Of a DNA stretch of 32,000 nucleotides, positions 9,533 to 20,600 are shown one piece after another (within the stretch, counting starts at the first letter, position 1; each line of letters starts with the position of its first letter). The stretch is from Candidatus Saccharimonadota bacterium (lineage in GTDB: Bacteria > Patescibacteriota > Gracilibacteria > BD1-5 > UBA6164). The stretch spans positions 60,001 to 92,000 of the forward strand of contig OY782392.1 in NCBI GenBank assembly GCA_963677765.1, in the 5' to 3' direction. The notes below the pieces were generated by a model. That model had not been told where the DNA came from and searched no databases. It saw only the letters and a list, made by a program, of their open reading frames with translations. The position numbers and the translations under genes are program-made.

Positions 9533-10201
9533 TTATATTTTATCAACTATTAATCAATCCTTTATTGAAATATGTTTTGATGCATATTCATCAATTTCTT
9601 TTTCATGAGTAATCAAAATTATAGTTTTTCATTCTTTATTCAATTCAGATAATAAATCCATAATTTCAATTCAAGTCTTAGTATCCAAAGCTCAAGTTGG
9701 TTCATCAGCTAATATAAATCAAGGATTAATAGCAAGAGCCCTAGCAATAGAAACTCTTTGTTGTTGTCATCATGAAAGTTCATTTGGTTTACTATTTATC
9801 TTTGTATCTAGTCATACTTTTTTTAATGCTTCTAGAGCAATTTTTTTTCTTAATTTCTTGTTAACACCTTGGTAAGATAATGGTAACATTACTTGTTCTA
9901 ATACACTCATTCTTGGGATAAGATTATAACTTTGAAAAATAAAACCTATATTCTTTCATCTTATTTTAGATAAATCTGATTCTTTTTTTCAAGATACTAT
10001 TTTATCATCAAAATAATACAATCATTCTGAAGCTATATCAAGCATTCAAATAATATTCATAAGAGTTGATTTTCAACTTCAACTAGGTCACATTATAGAT
10101 ACAAAATCTCATTTATTTATTTCTAAATCTATTCATTTTAATACCTCAATATTATTTTCTCACATTTTATATCTTTTTTTTATTCATTGTAATTTTATCA
10201 T
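9533..10201 (-). CDS. ABC transporter ATP-binding protein, MacB/LolD-type, 222 aa
   Basis: Walker A GPSGSGKSTL (all Gly are TGA), Q-loop FIFQSYNL, signature LSGGQQQRVSIARAL, Walker B ILADEPTGALD and H-loop ITHE. By my hand count 19 of 21 Gly codons are TGA. ATG 10201, TAA 9535-9533. Confidence 0.93.
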
Positions 10202-10213
10202 AATACATTTTTA

Positions 10214-12262
10214 TTAATTCATAATTGATTTATTTCATCTATTTCAAGAAGGTCATGTTGGTAATAGTGAATTATTATTTTTATTCTCTGAAGTTCATGT
10301 TATAGAAAAATTACTACTATAAATTTTATCTCAAATATTTAATCAAGATATAACCTCAGTATTTCAATTTGAACTTAATCATGTTTCTATATAAATTTTT
10401 TCCTTAATTCAATTTTTATCTATATATACATATGACTTATCTTTTTCATTATTTATAGAAGATGATTTAATCAATAAAATATTATTTTTTTCTAATGTAA
10501 TTATTTCAACATCAGCAGTAAATCATGAAAATATTTTTTTATTAAATTCTTCAGTCATTACTAATTTTACCTCATAAGAAATCACTCAAGAATTAGAAAT
10601 AGGAGTTGTATCAATGCTTGATATAATTCATCTGATTGGGTTTTCTAAATATGCATCAAAAGTAATTATTGCTTCATCTCATATTTCAACATCTACTATA
10701 TCTATTTGATCTAAGTATACTGAAATTTCAATTAAATTTGGATTTTCAATATAAATATATTTATCAGTATCATTATTTATTTTATCTCATACCATATAAT
10801 CTATCTTTCTAATAATTCAATCAAATGGAGCTGTAATTTTATAATCCTCAAGACTTTCATATGCATCATTAAGTTTTATTTCAGCTTGTCTTATAGAATT
10901 ATTTGCTTTTGTTATATTTGATTGAGTAGGTCATTCTAATAATTCCTTATAATTTTCATTAGCTATTTGAAGAGAAAATTTTTTTGATTCTATATCTTGT
11001 AACTTTTCTTCTAATTCTAATTTATTTGATACTAAAGTTTGTTCATATTCTTTTTCACTATTTGATAATGATATATATTGTTTTTCTATACTTAGTTCTT
11101 GTGATTTAATAGATTCATTAATTGATAAGATACTAGAATTATTTGATTTTGTAAGTAGTTCTAAATCAGTTAGAGTATTTAAAGTATTTAAATATCAATT
11201 TATAGAACTTATTTTATTTAAACTACTAGTTCTATATCATCAAATAGAACTTTTCATTGAATTAATATCGGATTCTGTTAAAACATCTCAACTTTCAACA
11301 CTAGCATCTACTGTATTATAAAAATATTCTGTAGTTTGTGATAAACTATTGAACAATCCAAGAAATTCATTTAATAAGCCAGTTAATTCTTCTATATTTG
11401 ATTCATAACTATATCAATCTAACTTTATAGATATTTCATTATATAAAGAGATACTAAATAATAACTCATTTCTTGCTTTATTTTTTAATGATGAATCTTT
11501 AGCTCATAAATAAATATCATAAGAATCATTAATACTCTTATTTTTATTTGTAACTCACATAATATAATCTGATTTTTCAATGATATCATTAGCTTCTAAT
11601 AATAAAACTTTTAGACTATCTTCGATATCACTTATTTTTTTATTGTTATCTGATAAAGTGTCTTGATAATTATTATTTTTTTCTTTAATCGAGTTTTCTA
11701 ATTCATCTTTTGAAATAGATAAATTATTTTCTAAATTAATAATTTCTTTTTTTAATGATTCAATATCACTCAACATTTTTTCTTCTGATATACTTTGAGT
11801 TACAAGAAGATTATCATATTCCTTTTGTGCATTTAATAATGCATTTTCAGCATCTGTTATGTTCTTTTTTGATTGCATAATAGAGCTTTCATCAGGTCAA
11901 TCATATAAATCAGATAAAGAAATTTTAGCATTTTCAAGATTAATTTTAGCTTCTTCAATAGAAGAATAAGCATCACTATTATCAATTTCAGCAATAGTTT
12001 CTCATTTCTTTACAGACTCTCATTCTTTAAAGTTTACAGATGTTACAGTTCATGAAATATTGAATCATAAACTTTGTTCATCTACTAATTCTGTATTTCA
12101 AACTACTTGTATAGTTTCTGACAGACTTCAAGTACTTACAACTATAAAATCATCTACAATAGAAATATTACTTTCATTTTTAGAAGATCAATTAACATTC
12201 AAGTAAACAAGAACTAATAATAATGGTAATAATCAAAACAATAAATACTTTTTATTCAGCAT
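10214..12262 (-). CDS. HlyD/MacA-family periplasmic adaptor (membrane fusion protein) with a greatly expanded coiled-coil insert, 682 aa
   Basis: N-terminal TM MLNKKYLLFGLLPLLLVLVYL; lipoyl-like half SGTVTSVNFKEGESVKKGETIAEID and its partner ITAPFDGIIRKIDYMVGDKI. A long N/S/K/E-rich heptad-like region lies between them and includes the supplied ORF 11555-11878. ATG 12262, TAA 10216-10214. Confidence 0.85.
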
Positions 12263-12311
12263 AATAATACAATAAAATAAAATAATATAATGAATTTATT
12301 GTATTATTTTT

Positions 12312-12331
12312 AATTAAGAAGTAATTAAGAA
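12312..12331 (-). promoter_or_regulatory. Tandem direct repeat operator (site C) upstream of the adaptor-ATPase-permease operon
   Basis: AATTAAGAA occurs at 12312-12320 and 12323-12331 (11-bp register), 49 nt upstream of ATG 12262 and immediately downstream of the terminator of the preceding gene. Confidence 0.55.
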
Positions 12332-12360
12332 AAAAACAATAACTAAATTAGTTATTGTTT
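12326..12360 (-). terminator. Rho-independent terminator after the bPH-like membrane protein gene
   Basis: 12-bp stem aaacaataacta / tagttattgttt (12334-12345 / 12349-12360) with loop aat. A T-run follows on the minus strand. The stop codon (12350-12348) lies inside the hairpin. Confidence 0.75.
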
Positions 12361-13409
12361 TCTTGCAATAATATATACATTTCTCTTATTTCATTTTTTG
12401 TTTCATCATCACCATTTTCAAAAATTTCTTTTATTCTTGATTCATGATTTAATATATATTTTCTTAATTTTATTTTATTTTCTACAGTATCAATATTATC
12501 TATTCATATTTCTGATTTAAATTTTTTTAATAATACATTAACTTCTTTTTCCATTAAAGCTAAATCATTATTTAAAACCTTCTGGCTTTCAGATAAAGTT
12601 TTTACAGGACTACCAATATAATCCATTGTCATTTCTCAATTATCCTTTTGATCTCATTCTGATAAAACAATTATATCTCCATAGTTGAAAAAAGAACCTA
12701 ACAATCATCTATATGAACTATTCATAGTTTTAATTTTATTGGCATTCATACTTTGACTATCTCACAGGATTCATCTTTGGTTATAAAAAATAATTTCTCA
12801 TGGAATAATTATTTTAAAATCCATTTCTTGATTAATCATTTTTTTCAAATAACTATAAAACAATAATGTTTGTATTATAAGTAAAAAACTATTAACTAGA
12901 CCAACTCAAAAACCTAATGCTCATCATCAAATAAGAGAAGCAAGTCATGTAAAAGAAGTAAATATACTAAGAGCAAATAATACAACAAATAAAAATATTG
13001 TTTGATTAAAAAATCTAGTAAAAACAAGATCACTTTCTTTGCTTTTTTTTATAGCTGAATGAACATCCTGAATATAAGGAACACTTCATTGTATTTTATA
13101 AAACCTATATATAAATAATATAACAATAAAAACCCAGTAAATAATATTTATTGATAAAAATCAAGCTACAATAGCAGGAATTAATTCAATTTTAGAGTTA
13201 GAAAAAGTTAAAAGATATACATTTGCAAATCATATAGCTATAACAAATAATACTCTCCAAGAATGTATTATACTATAAATCCAATGTCTTTTTACTAATA
13301 TAAGAAATCTAACTCCATCATTAGCTAGTTTTTCTAATAGTTTTGTATCTCAAGCAACATCAAAAGATTTGAATATAAATTCAAATGCTCATCTAAAATT
13401 AAAAATCAT
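12348..13409 (-). CDS. Multi-pass membrane protein with a C-terminal bacterial-PH-like (bPH/YdbT-like) segment, 353 aa (hypothetical)
   Basis: About four hydrophobic helices (e.g. WRVLFVIAIGFANVYLL, AIVAGFLSINIIYWVFIVILFIY, IFLFVVLFALSIF, GFGVGLVNSFLLIIQTLLF). These are followed by ...IIFYNQRGILGDSQSMNANKIKTMNSSYRGLLGSFFNYGDIIVLSEG, which resembles bPH_2 domains. ATG 13409, TAA 12350-12348. The family call is tentative. Confidence 0.5.
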
Positions 13410-13421
13410 ATTTTTTTGTAT

Positions 13422-13470
13422 ATAAATAAAAAATCATTCATAAATTATTATATAACTTATAAATGATTTT
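13422..13470 (-). terminator. Rho-independent terminator after the AAA+ gene
   Basis: About 14-bp stem aaaatcattcataa / ttataaatgatttt (1 mismatch), followed on the minus strand by TTTTTTATTT. Confidence 0.6.
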
Positions 13471-13484
13471 CAAAATATTTTTGA

Positions 13485-15257
13485 TTAATTTACATAATCA
13501 TCCAAATCTATTGTTATATTATATTTTTCAGCATATACTTTTCATATAAAATAAACTATTTCAAAAATTTGTTTTGTATTAAGATTATTTCAATCAAAAA
13601 ATTTTTCAGAAAAATATAATCAAACATCATCAACTATATCATATGGTTTAATAGATTTTAATCAATTATTTTCTACATATTTTACAACTTTTTTTTCTAC
13701 ATATCTGTATACCACTCTTTGTGTAAGAGGATAAAAATTATCTTTATGTTCTTGTAAAAAATCAAATCTTCACAATGCAGTAACATCAGAAAGTAATTCT
13801 ACCATTGAACAATTTCTAAGAAACTTAATATCTCAAGAGTTAAATCATAAGTCAGTAAAAACTTTTTCCATTTGTCTCAAATCTTCAGAAAAATCTGTAT
13901 CATCATCATCTATATGCAAATTATAGATAGAGATATATTCTGTCATCAACTCATTTAATCATCTAAGTTTATCTAGATTTATTCATTGATTAAATATTAA
14001 ATTATTATGATTATTAGCTACAAGTTCTTTTCATTTTATAGATTCATTTTGTTCATCAAGAAATTCATTAGCTACATAAACATTATAAATAGTTTTTTCT
14101 CAATCCATATCAAGAGCAATTTCTATAGGAGCTTTTATGTGATAAAATTCTTGGAATCTTTCAGAATTAAATAAGTCAATAAGTTTATTTTCAACATGCT
14201 TTTCAAAAGATCAAATTAATCATCTAGCTCAAGATTTTTGATTAAATCAATTTTCAAGTATAGATGATATTATATTTTCTCATAATGATATTGATAAATC
14301 CATTGTTTTATAATACCTCTTATAATGCTCATTTAATTTTCTTTCTTGAATTCTTATTATTTCTAAAGCATTTTCTTTAGTAAGAGATTCAAATTCAATA
14401 AATTTATCAACTCTTCATCTAAACTCTGGAGAAAATCTTTCTTTTATTGCTTTTTTTATTATTTCAGATGAGTCTTTATTTTCTGATTCTTCTGAGGCAG
14501 AAACAAATCACATAGTTGGTTTTGATTTAGTTTCCTCTATTTCTTTTTGTCAGATATTAGATGTAAATATTATTATAGAATTTTTAAAATATCATGTTTT
14601 TCAATCTCAAAATGTAACTTTTCACTCATCCAAAATTCATAGAAGCGATTGAGCAACATCTCTATGTGCTTTTTCAAATTCATCAAATAAAATAATATTA
14701 AATCATGGCATATGTCTTATAGAATCATGAATTGTTCATGCCTTTTTAGCTCATTCATAATATCAATCTAATATTTTTGGATCTAATGGTGTTGGATCTC
14801 AATAACCAACATAAGATGGTGGAGCTCAAAATAATTGTCTTTTACTATGAGACTCTTGATAAGCTTCACAATTTATTTTTGTAAATCAACCTTCATATCA
14901 CATTAATACTTTGGATATACATTTTACTATTTCAGTCTTACCTACTCATGTAGGACCTGAAAAAAACAATACACCCAAAGGTCATTTTTTTGGCTTAGTT
15001 CATAAAACAGAGTTTTTAATTAATTGAGCAACAATTTTTTTAGCTTCATCTTGTCAAATAATTTCTTTGTTCATTTCATCGATGAATTCTTGTTCTAATG
15101 GATGTATTTCATCCAGCTCAATAGTATGACATACTCTATCTTTTACATCATAAACAATATGTTCAGTATTTTCTTCCCTCCTTTCGTTATTATTTATAGC
15201 TGTATTTCATTTTTTATATTCTAATAAAGCAACAGCTCATCAATTAGTATTTATCAT
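13485..15257 (-). CDS. Stand-alone ClpB/ClpA D2-type AAA+ ATPase (AAA_2 + ClpB_D2-small) with about 200-aa uncharacterised C-terminal extension, 590 aa
   Basis: IIGQDEAKKIVAQLI...PLGVLFFSGPTGVGKTEIVK (Walker A), NIILFDEFEKAHRDV (Walker B), IIIFTSNIG, RFSPEFRGRVDKFIEF and SGARGLI (sensor 2) follow the order and wording of Clp/Hsp100 NBD2. No NBD1, N-domain or middle domain is present. ATG 15257, TAA 13487-13485. Confidence 0.8.
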
Positions 15258-15418
15258 AATAACAAAAATAATTTTTTAAAACACTTAAATAAAGTGCAAC
15301 TATTGTTTATAATGTTTTTAGAAGCAAAGTCAATATTTTATTAGTAACTAAAATAAAATTGACAATAAAAACAAAAATATTACTATACAAAATATAGTAA
15401 ATTATTAATTATAAATAT

Positions 15419-16207
15419 ATGAAAACTCTAAACTCTTATTTTATCCCTCATTGAGGTTGACCATGGAATCTATTATGACAAGATTACATGGAAAAATCTT
15501 GAGAAATAGAATTAAAAAAATATTTAAATCAATTATGAAAAAATCAAGAAGACTTTGATGCTGTATTATTAATAACTCCTCACTGGGAAGAAAAAGATAT
15601 TACACTTAGTTTCAATGATGATTATAATCTAATTTATGATTATTATGGTTTTCCAAAAAATACATATAACGTTGATTATAAAGTTAATTGAGATAAAAAT
15701 ATAGCGGAAAAAATAGAAAAAGAACTAGAAAAAAACTCAATTCAAAGCAAAAGAGATTATAAAAGATGATTAGATCATTGAAGTTTTATTCCTCTAATGG
15801 AAATATTTCCAAATATAGATAAACCTGTTATACAAATGTCTATATCTAACAATTTAAGTGCTGAATATCATTACAAAGTATGAAATGCATTAAAAGAATT
15901 AAAGAAAGATAAAATTCTTATTATATGAACAGGTATGAGTTATCATAACATGAGATGATTTTTTTCTAATGATCCTATACATAGAAAAAACTCTATTGAA
16001 TTTAATAATTTTATAGAAGAAAATATAAATAATATAAATAAACTAATAAATTGGGAAGAAAATTCATTAAGTAAAAATGTACATCCTAGATCTGAACATT
16101 TTATGACATTCTTTATTATATTATGAACATCATTAGATTGAAAAATAGAACAAGATATAAAAATAGATATATATAATAAAGAAATTATTTGATATAAAGT
16201 AAAATAA
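15419..16207 (+). CDS. Class III extradiol dioxygenase family protein (LigB/YgiD, 4,5-DOPA-dioxygenase-like), 262 aa
   Basis: MKTLNSYFIPHGGGPWNLL..., LLITPHWEE, YDYYGFP, GLDHGSFIPL and IGTGMSYHNM match the YgiD/LigB subunit B pattern. ATG 15419, TAA 16205-16207. Confidence 0.8.
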
Positions 16208-16213
16208 AAATTT

Positions 16214-16906
16214 ATGAATAAAATAATAAAAAAAGATGAGTTATATAGCTTTGATCATTGATGGGTTAAATGAACACATACTTTTTCATTTAACAACTAC
16301 TATGAACCAAATAATATGAATTTTGGTAATTTAATAGTTTTCAATGATGACTATATAGAAGCAAATAATTGATTTCCGATGCATCCTCATGCAAATGCTG
16401 AAATACTAACAATAATGCTAGAATGAACATTAACACACACTGATACATTATGAAATAAAGAAGATATAAAAAACTGAGAAATACAAACTATGACAGCTGG
16501 TACATGACTATTTCATAGTGAAGCTAATGAAACAAATTATCAAACACACTCTTATCAAATTTGGTTTAAAACAAATAAATTAAATAATAAACCAAGTTAC
16601 AAAAATCATAAAATAAATTTAGAAGAAAATAAATTAAATTTGTTAGTATCATGAGATATAAATAATTCAATATGATTTTTAAATGCTAATGTAAAAGTTT
16701 ATAGATGAATATATAATGAAGAAAGTGTTTTTGAATATGAAATAAGAAAATGAAGATGATTATTTTTATATATGAGTAAATGAGATATTAATATAGACTG
16801 AAAGCAAATAACTGAAAAAGATCATATTAGATATACAGAAGAATGAACATATAATATAAAAACAAAAGAAAATAGCGACTTTATATTGATAGATGTAGAG
16901 ATATAA
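16214..16906 (+). CDS. Pirin-family cupin protein (YhhW/quercetinase-like), 230 aa
   Basis: ...FSFNNYYEPNNMNFGNLIVFNDDYIEANNGFPMHPHANAEILTIMLEGTLTHTDTLGN...QTMTAGTGLFHSE carries the pirin metal-binding HxH...H...E signature. It starts 6 nt after the previous stop. TAA 16904-16906. Confidence 0.85.
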
Positions 16907-16938
16907 AAAAAGACAAAATAAATTATTTTGTCTTTTTT
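16906..16938. terminator. Bidirectional terminator between the pirin gene and the convergent 130-aa gene
   Basis: Stem agacaaaata / tattttgtct (16911-16920 / 16924-16933) with loop aat, flanked by A6 and T6. Confidence 0.8.
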
Positions 16939-16950
16939 ATTTATAACTTA

Positions 16951-17343
16951 TTAAGAAAAAGAATTAAAATGATTAATAAAATCTTCTTCTCTATAAGAAG
17001 AAAATAACTTAACTTCATCTATAACATCTTCAACTTTAGTATAATTTCTTGAAAATTTATTTAGCTTTCTTTCAAAAAAGAAAAACATTTTTTTAATTAC
17101 TCAGATATTTGAATATAGTTCTATTAAAAATCAATCAGGTAATCCATAAATATTTATTTTATTTCAAGGATTATCTATTCTTTCTATAATAATTGAAAAA
17201 GGATAATCTTCACTATCCCATTTTCATTCTTCTATTTCAGTTTTTTGAATATTTAAAAGATTTTTAACTTCATCAATATTATTAGTTATCAATTCTCTTT
17301 TATCTAATATTAAATATTCTTTTGTAATTTTTATATTTTCCAT
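16951..17343 (-). CDS. Hypothetical protein, 130 aa
   Basis: Code-25 ORF MENIKITKEYLILDKRELITNN...GKWDSEDYPFSIIIERIDNPGNKINIYGLPDGFLIELYSNIG... ATG 17343, TAA 16953-16951. I recognise no family. Confidence 0.5.
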
Positions 17344-17434
17344 AGTTTAGTTTACTTTGTTATTTAATAAGGGAAATTTATTATCTAAAATAATAGATTA
17401 TATTATTATAATAATATAAAAACTACTAAACTAC

Positions 17435-17464
17435 AAAAAACTCAAGAATAATTCTTGAGTTTTA
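17435..17464 (-). terminator. Rho-independent terminator downstream of tRNA-Lys
   Basis: Stem ctcaagaa / ttcttgag (17441-17448 / 17453-17460) with loop taat, flanked by A6 and T4. Confidence 0.65.
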
Positions 17465-17480
17465 GCTTTAAAGTAAAGAT

Positions 17481-17556
17481 TGGTGGATCCACCGGGGTTC
17501 GAACCCGGGACCTATCGCTTAAGAGGCGAGTGCTCTACCAACTGAGCTATGAATCC
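17481..17556 (-). tRNA. tRNA-Lys (anticodon CUU), CCA encoded
   Basis: Reverse complement: GGATTCATAGCTCAGTTGGTAGAGCACTCGCCTCTTAAGCGATAGGTCCCGGGTTCGAACCCCGGTGGATCCACCA. It has a 7-bp acceptor stem, D-arm GCTC/GAGC, anticodon loop C-T-CTT-A-A, T-arm CCGGG-TTCGAAC-CCCGG and a 3' CCA. Confidence 0.93.
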
Positions 17557-17614
17557 TTATTTTTGCCAAAGTATTTTATTTTTTTTAGGCTAAAAATCAA
17601 ATTTTATTTAAAAT

Positions 17615-17650
17615 AAAAAGTAATGATTAATATAATAATCATTACTTTTT
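17615..17650 (-). terminator. Rho-independent terminator after the large surface protein gene
   Basis: Perfect 15-bp stem aaaaagtaatgatta / taatcattacttttt with a 6-nt loop, 3 nt below the stop codon. Confidence 0.75.
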
Positions 17651-17652
17651 TA

Positions 17653-20600
17653 TTAATAATCTAATATAAGATTAAATCATAAATTCATTTGATAATTCCC
17701 TGCTGCTTGTTCATCTGATAATAAAGCTCATATTTTAAAAACATAAGTATATTCTCTTAATTCTCAAGTAGTATTAGGATTTCTTAACTCTGTTCATATT
17801 ACAGGATTATCTGTAATAGAGTTAAGTCAAGTATATGGGGTCATATCATATCAAACTCATAAACTTCAATTCCAATCAAATATTATATTTCCCCTACTAT
17901 CATTAAATTCATTTTGTTTAAAAATTTCAACATCAAAAGCTGCTCAAATTGTTTTAACACTAACAACTATTTCATCTGGAGAATAACTAGCTCAAAGAGT
18001 AGATAAATAAGCTCAAGTATTTACAAAAAATTCTGGCTCATCTATATAGAACTCCAAAATTATAGAACCAATATTTCAATAATTATCCCTTATTTGAAAA
18101 TCATACATATACCTACCAAATTCTAAATTATTTATAGAATAATTAGACTGTAAAAGAGTAGTAGAATTATTTGATATATATGTACTAGCTATATTTGGTC
18201 ACCAACTAGAAACTCAATCCCATTTATAAAGTTTTAATACAGCAGATGATGTATCAATTCATGTTCATATATCACTATAACCAATAATTATATTATGATT
18301 TCATCATGGTAATATACTATTATTTACAAAATTAGTAGCATCAATAGTTGGTAAATCATTATCAGGATTAGTATCATAAAAAGTTATATAATCCACATAA
18401 GCTTTATCATCTAAACTATTAGTTCATCAATCTTTTATATAACACCATTTATAAGTATGAGTTCAAGAACTAACATCATTTTTATTATAAGTAGACCATC
18501 AAACATTACCAGACCAAGATTGTTGTTCAACATTATCAATATAAAACCTTAGAAAATCAGCTCAAGCCTGACTAGAAACTCTATATTTAAAATCTATAGT
18601 TCATAATCATTGAAAAGTGTTTTGTACTTCAAAACATGCTTGACTATTAGCTATTCATGTATTACCACTTTCTAATGAAAGAGCTCATTCAAATACTCTA
18701 TTTCAGGCTCTTGTCCATACTCATGAAACAACACTATATTTTCATGGAGTTTCAAAATCTATTATAGAACTAATAGCTTCAGCTTGATTTAATACATTTA
18801 TTTGAAATTGTTTTTGAAAAGTACCTCAATTTCAATCATTTGTTTCAATTCTTATATTATATAATGATTGTATTTCATAATCTGGAGAACCATCCAATAT
18901 AAGATTATTTCAAGATATGCTAAACAGATTATTATCATCATCTCACAATCAAATAGCAAAACTATAAGTATGAGTATCTCAAACATCTAAATCAGTAGTT
19001 GATATAGTAGATATAACAGAACCTGCAGCTAAATTTTCTTCAACTGAAAGATCAGATAAAATTATATCTGTTGGTATATTATTAGATGATGATTCTGTAG
19101 CAATTGTAAATAAGTTTCCATTTGAAAGATTTATTCATTGAACTCACCATATTGATCATGATAAATTATTCATTGATATAGGAGTCTCATCTTCTAAATC
19201 TCAATTATTATTAGAATCATAAACAAAATAATAATTTGTTCATGAGTTCAAATTTGGTATATCAAAAAATGCATCATTTACATCAAAACTAAGATCAGTT
19301 AATCATGTATCACCTACTTCCTGAGTAATCCATTTACGATTCAATAAATCAAATCAAGTTAAAGAAGGTGCTGCAACCCAGGTATTAGATAAATTATTAT
19401 CAGAAATAAATAAAAATTCTAAATCATCTATAGTACTAAAATTTGGACTGATATTACTTCATTGAGATTGAGCTCTTATAGTAAGTATTCATCAATCATT
19501 AACAGATTTTGCTTCTACTTGTCTAAGTCATGAAGTTTCATCTCTAGCAATTGCTAATATATTATTATTAAATTGAGTGTTTAAACTACTATTATATATT
19601 ATATTTCAGCTAGAATCATAATAATCAAAAGATCAATTAGACATAGTTATTCAATATTTGATAGCTAAGTAAGATTCAATTTTTTGTCTATCAAAAGTAG
19701 ATAATCAATCACTAAAGTTTATAATCTCAGCTATTTTTCAATTATAAGGGAAAGGATTATTAGTATCAGAGCTTCTACCTATACTAAAATCAGCATCAGC
19801 TATAGTTTGATAAGTATTAGTAGAAAAATTATTAACTTGTAATCATTTTTCATAGATATTAGTAGTTTGACTTAAATCGTCACTATTAACAGATAAAAGC
19901 ATAGGTTTATTAACACTATAATTAGCATTTCATATTTGAGATGATCTCCAGTTTGTAGATGATCATATAGCATGAGTCAAAACTTCATCTGCAATTGCAA
20001 TTGTAAATGCTCACATAGTTAATCATGAAAAAGGTAATCAACATGTTCAACTACTAAGTATTCAAGTATCACAATTAAAACCAAAAGGAACTTGTCATGA
20101 TATAGTTCAATTCACATCTTGATTAGGAACTATAACCATAAAATAAGAGTCAGTATATCATCAATTATTTGTTCACTCAAGATATTGAGTTGAATCAAAA
20201 TTTACCAAAGGATAAAAATTAAGATTATCATTTGTGTTATTTAAATATGTAGGAGCAACTACACTAGTAGCATTTTTAGAATTTCAAGATTGATCATACC
20301 ATAAATTAAGATTGGTTCAATCAACAAAAGTATCAGTTCATTCATTTGATTTAAACCATAAACTAATATTAGTACTAGTTCAACCTGGATTATAATTAGG
20401 TGTATAATATACTTTTAATATTACTCTAGAAACATTAATAGTAGCGGATCATGTTCTTGTATATCTATACTGAAGTAATACTCACAAATTTGGATCCAAA
20501 ATTTCTGAAGCACTAAAAGTAGTTCACCATAAATCACCATCTCATCAATATGTTGATATATATTTTCAAGTATTTGGTCTATTTACATTCGATGCATAGT

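Noticed and set aside
11555-11878. Supplied ORF 11555-11878 as an independent 107-aa coiled-coil protein.
   Set aside because: It is an internal in-frame segment of the 682-aa HlyD-family adaptor (10214-12262), bounded by TGA-Gly codons.
8302-12335. The identical 28-nt blocks (8302-8329, 12308-12335) as a CRISPR repeat, MITE ends or another mobile-element signature.
   Set aside because: There are only two identical copies plus one degenerate copy, about 4 kb and 0.6 kb apart and all in direct orientation. Each sits precisely in a promoter region. There are no cas or transposase genes, no target-site duplications and no spacer-like periodicity. The internal 11-bp direct-repeat structure fits a regulator binding site.
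15330-15364. GTCAAT...ATTGAC inverted repeat overlapping a TTGACA -35 upstream of the LigB-like gene, as an operator (e.g. for the HxlR regulator).
   Set aside because: Only the outer 6 bp pair and the inner arms do not match. It is a single occurrence in AT-rich DNA, which is insufficient support.
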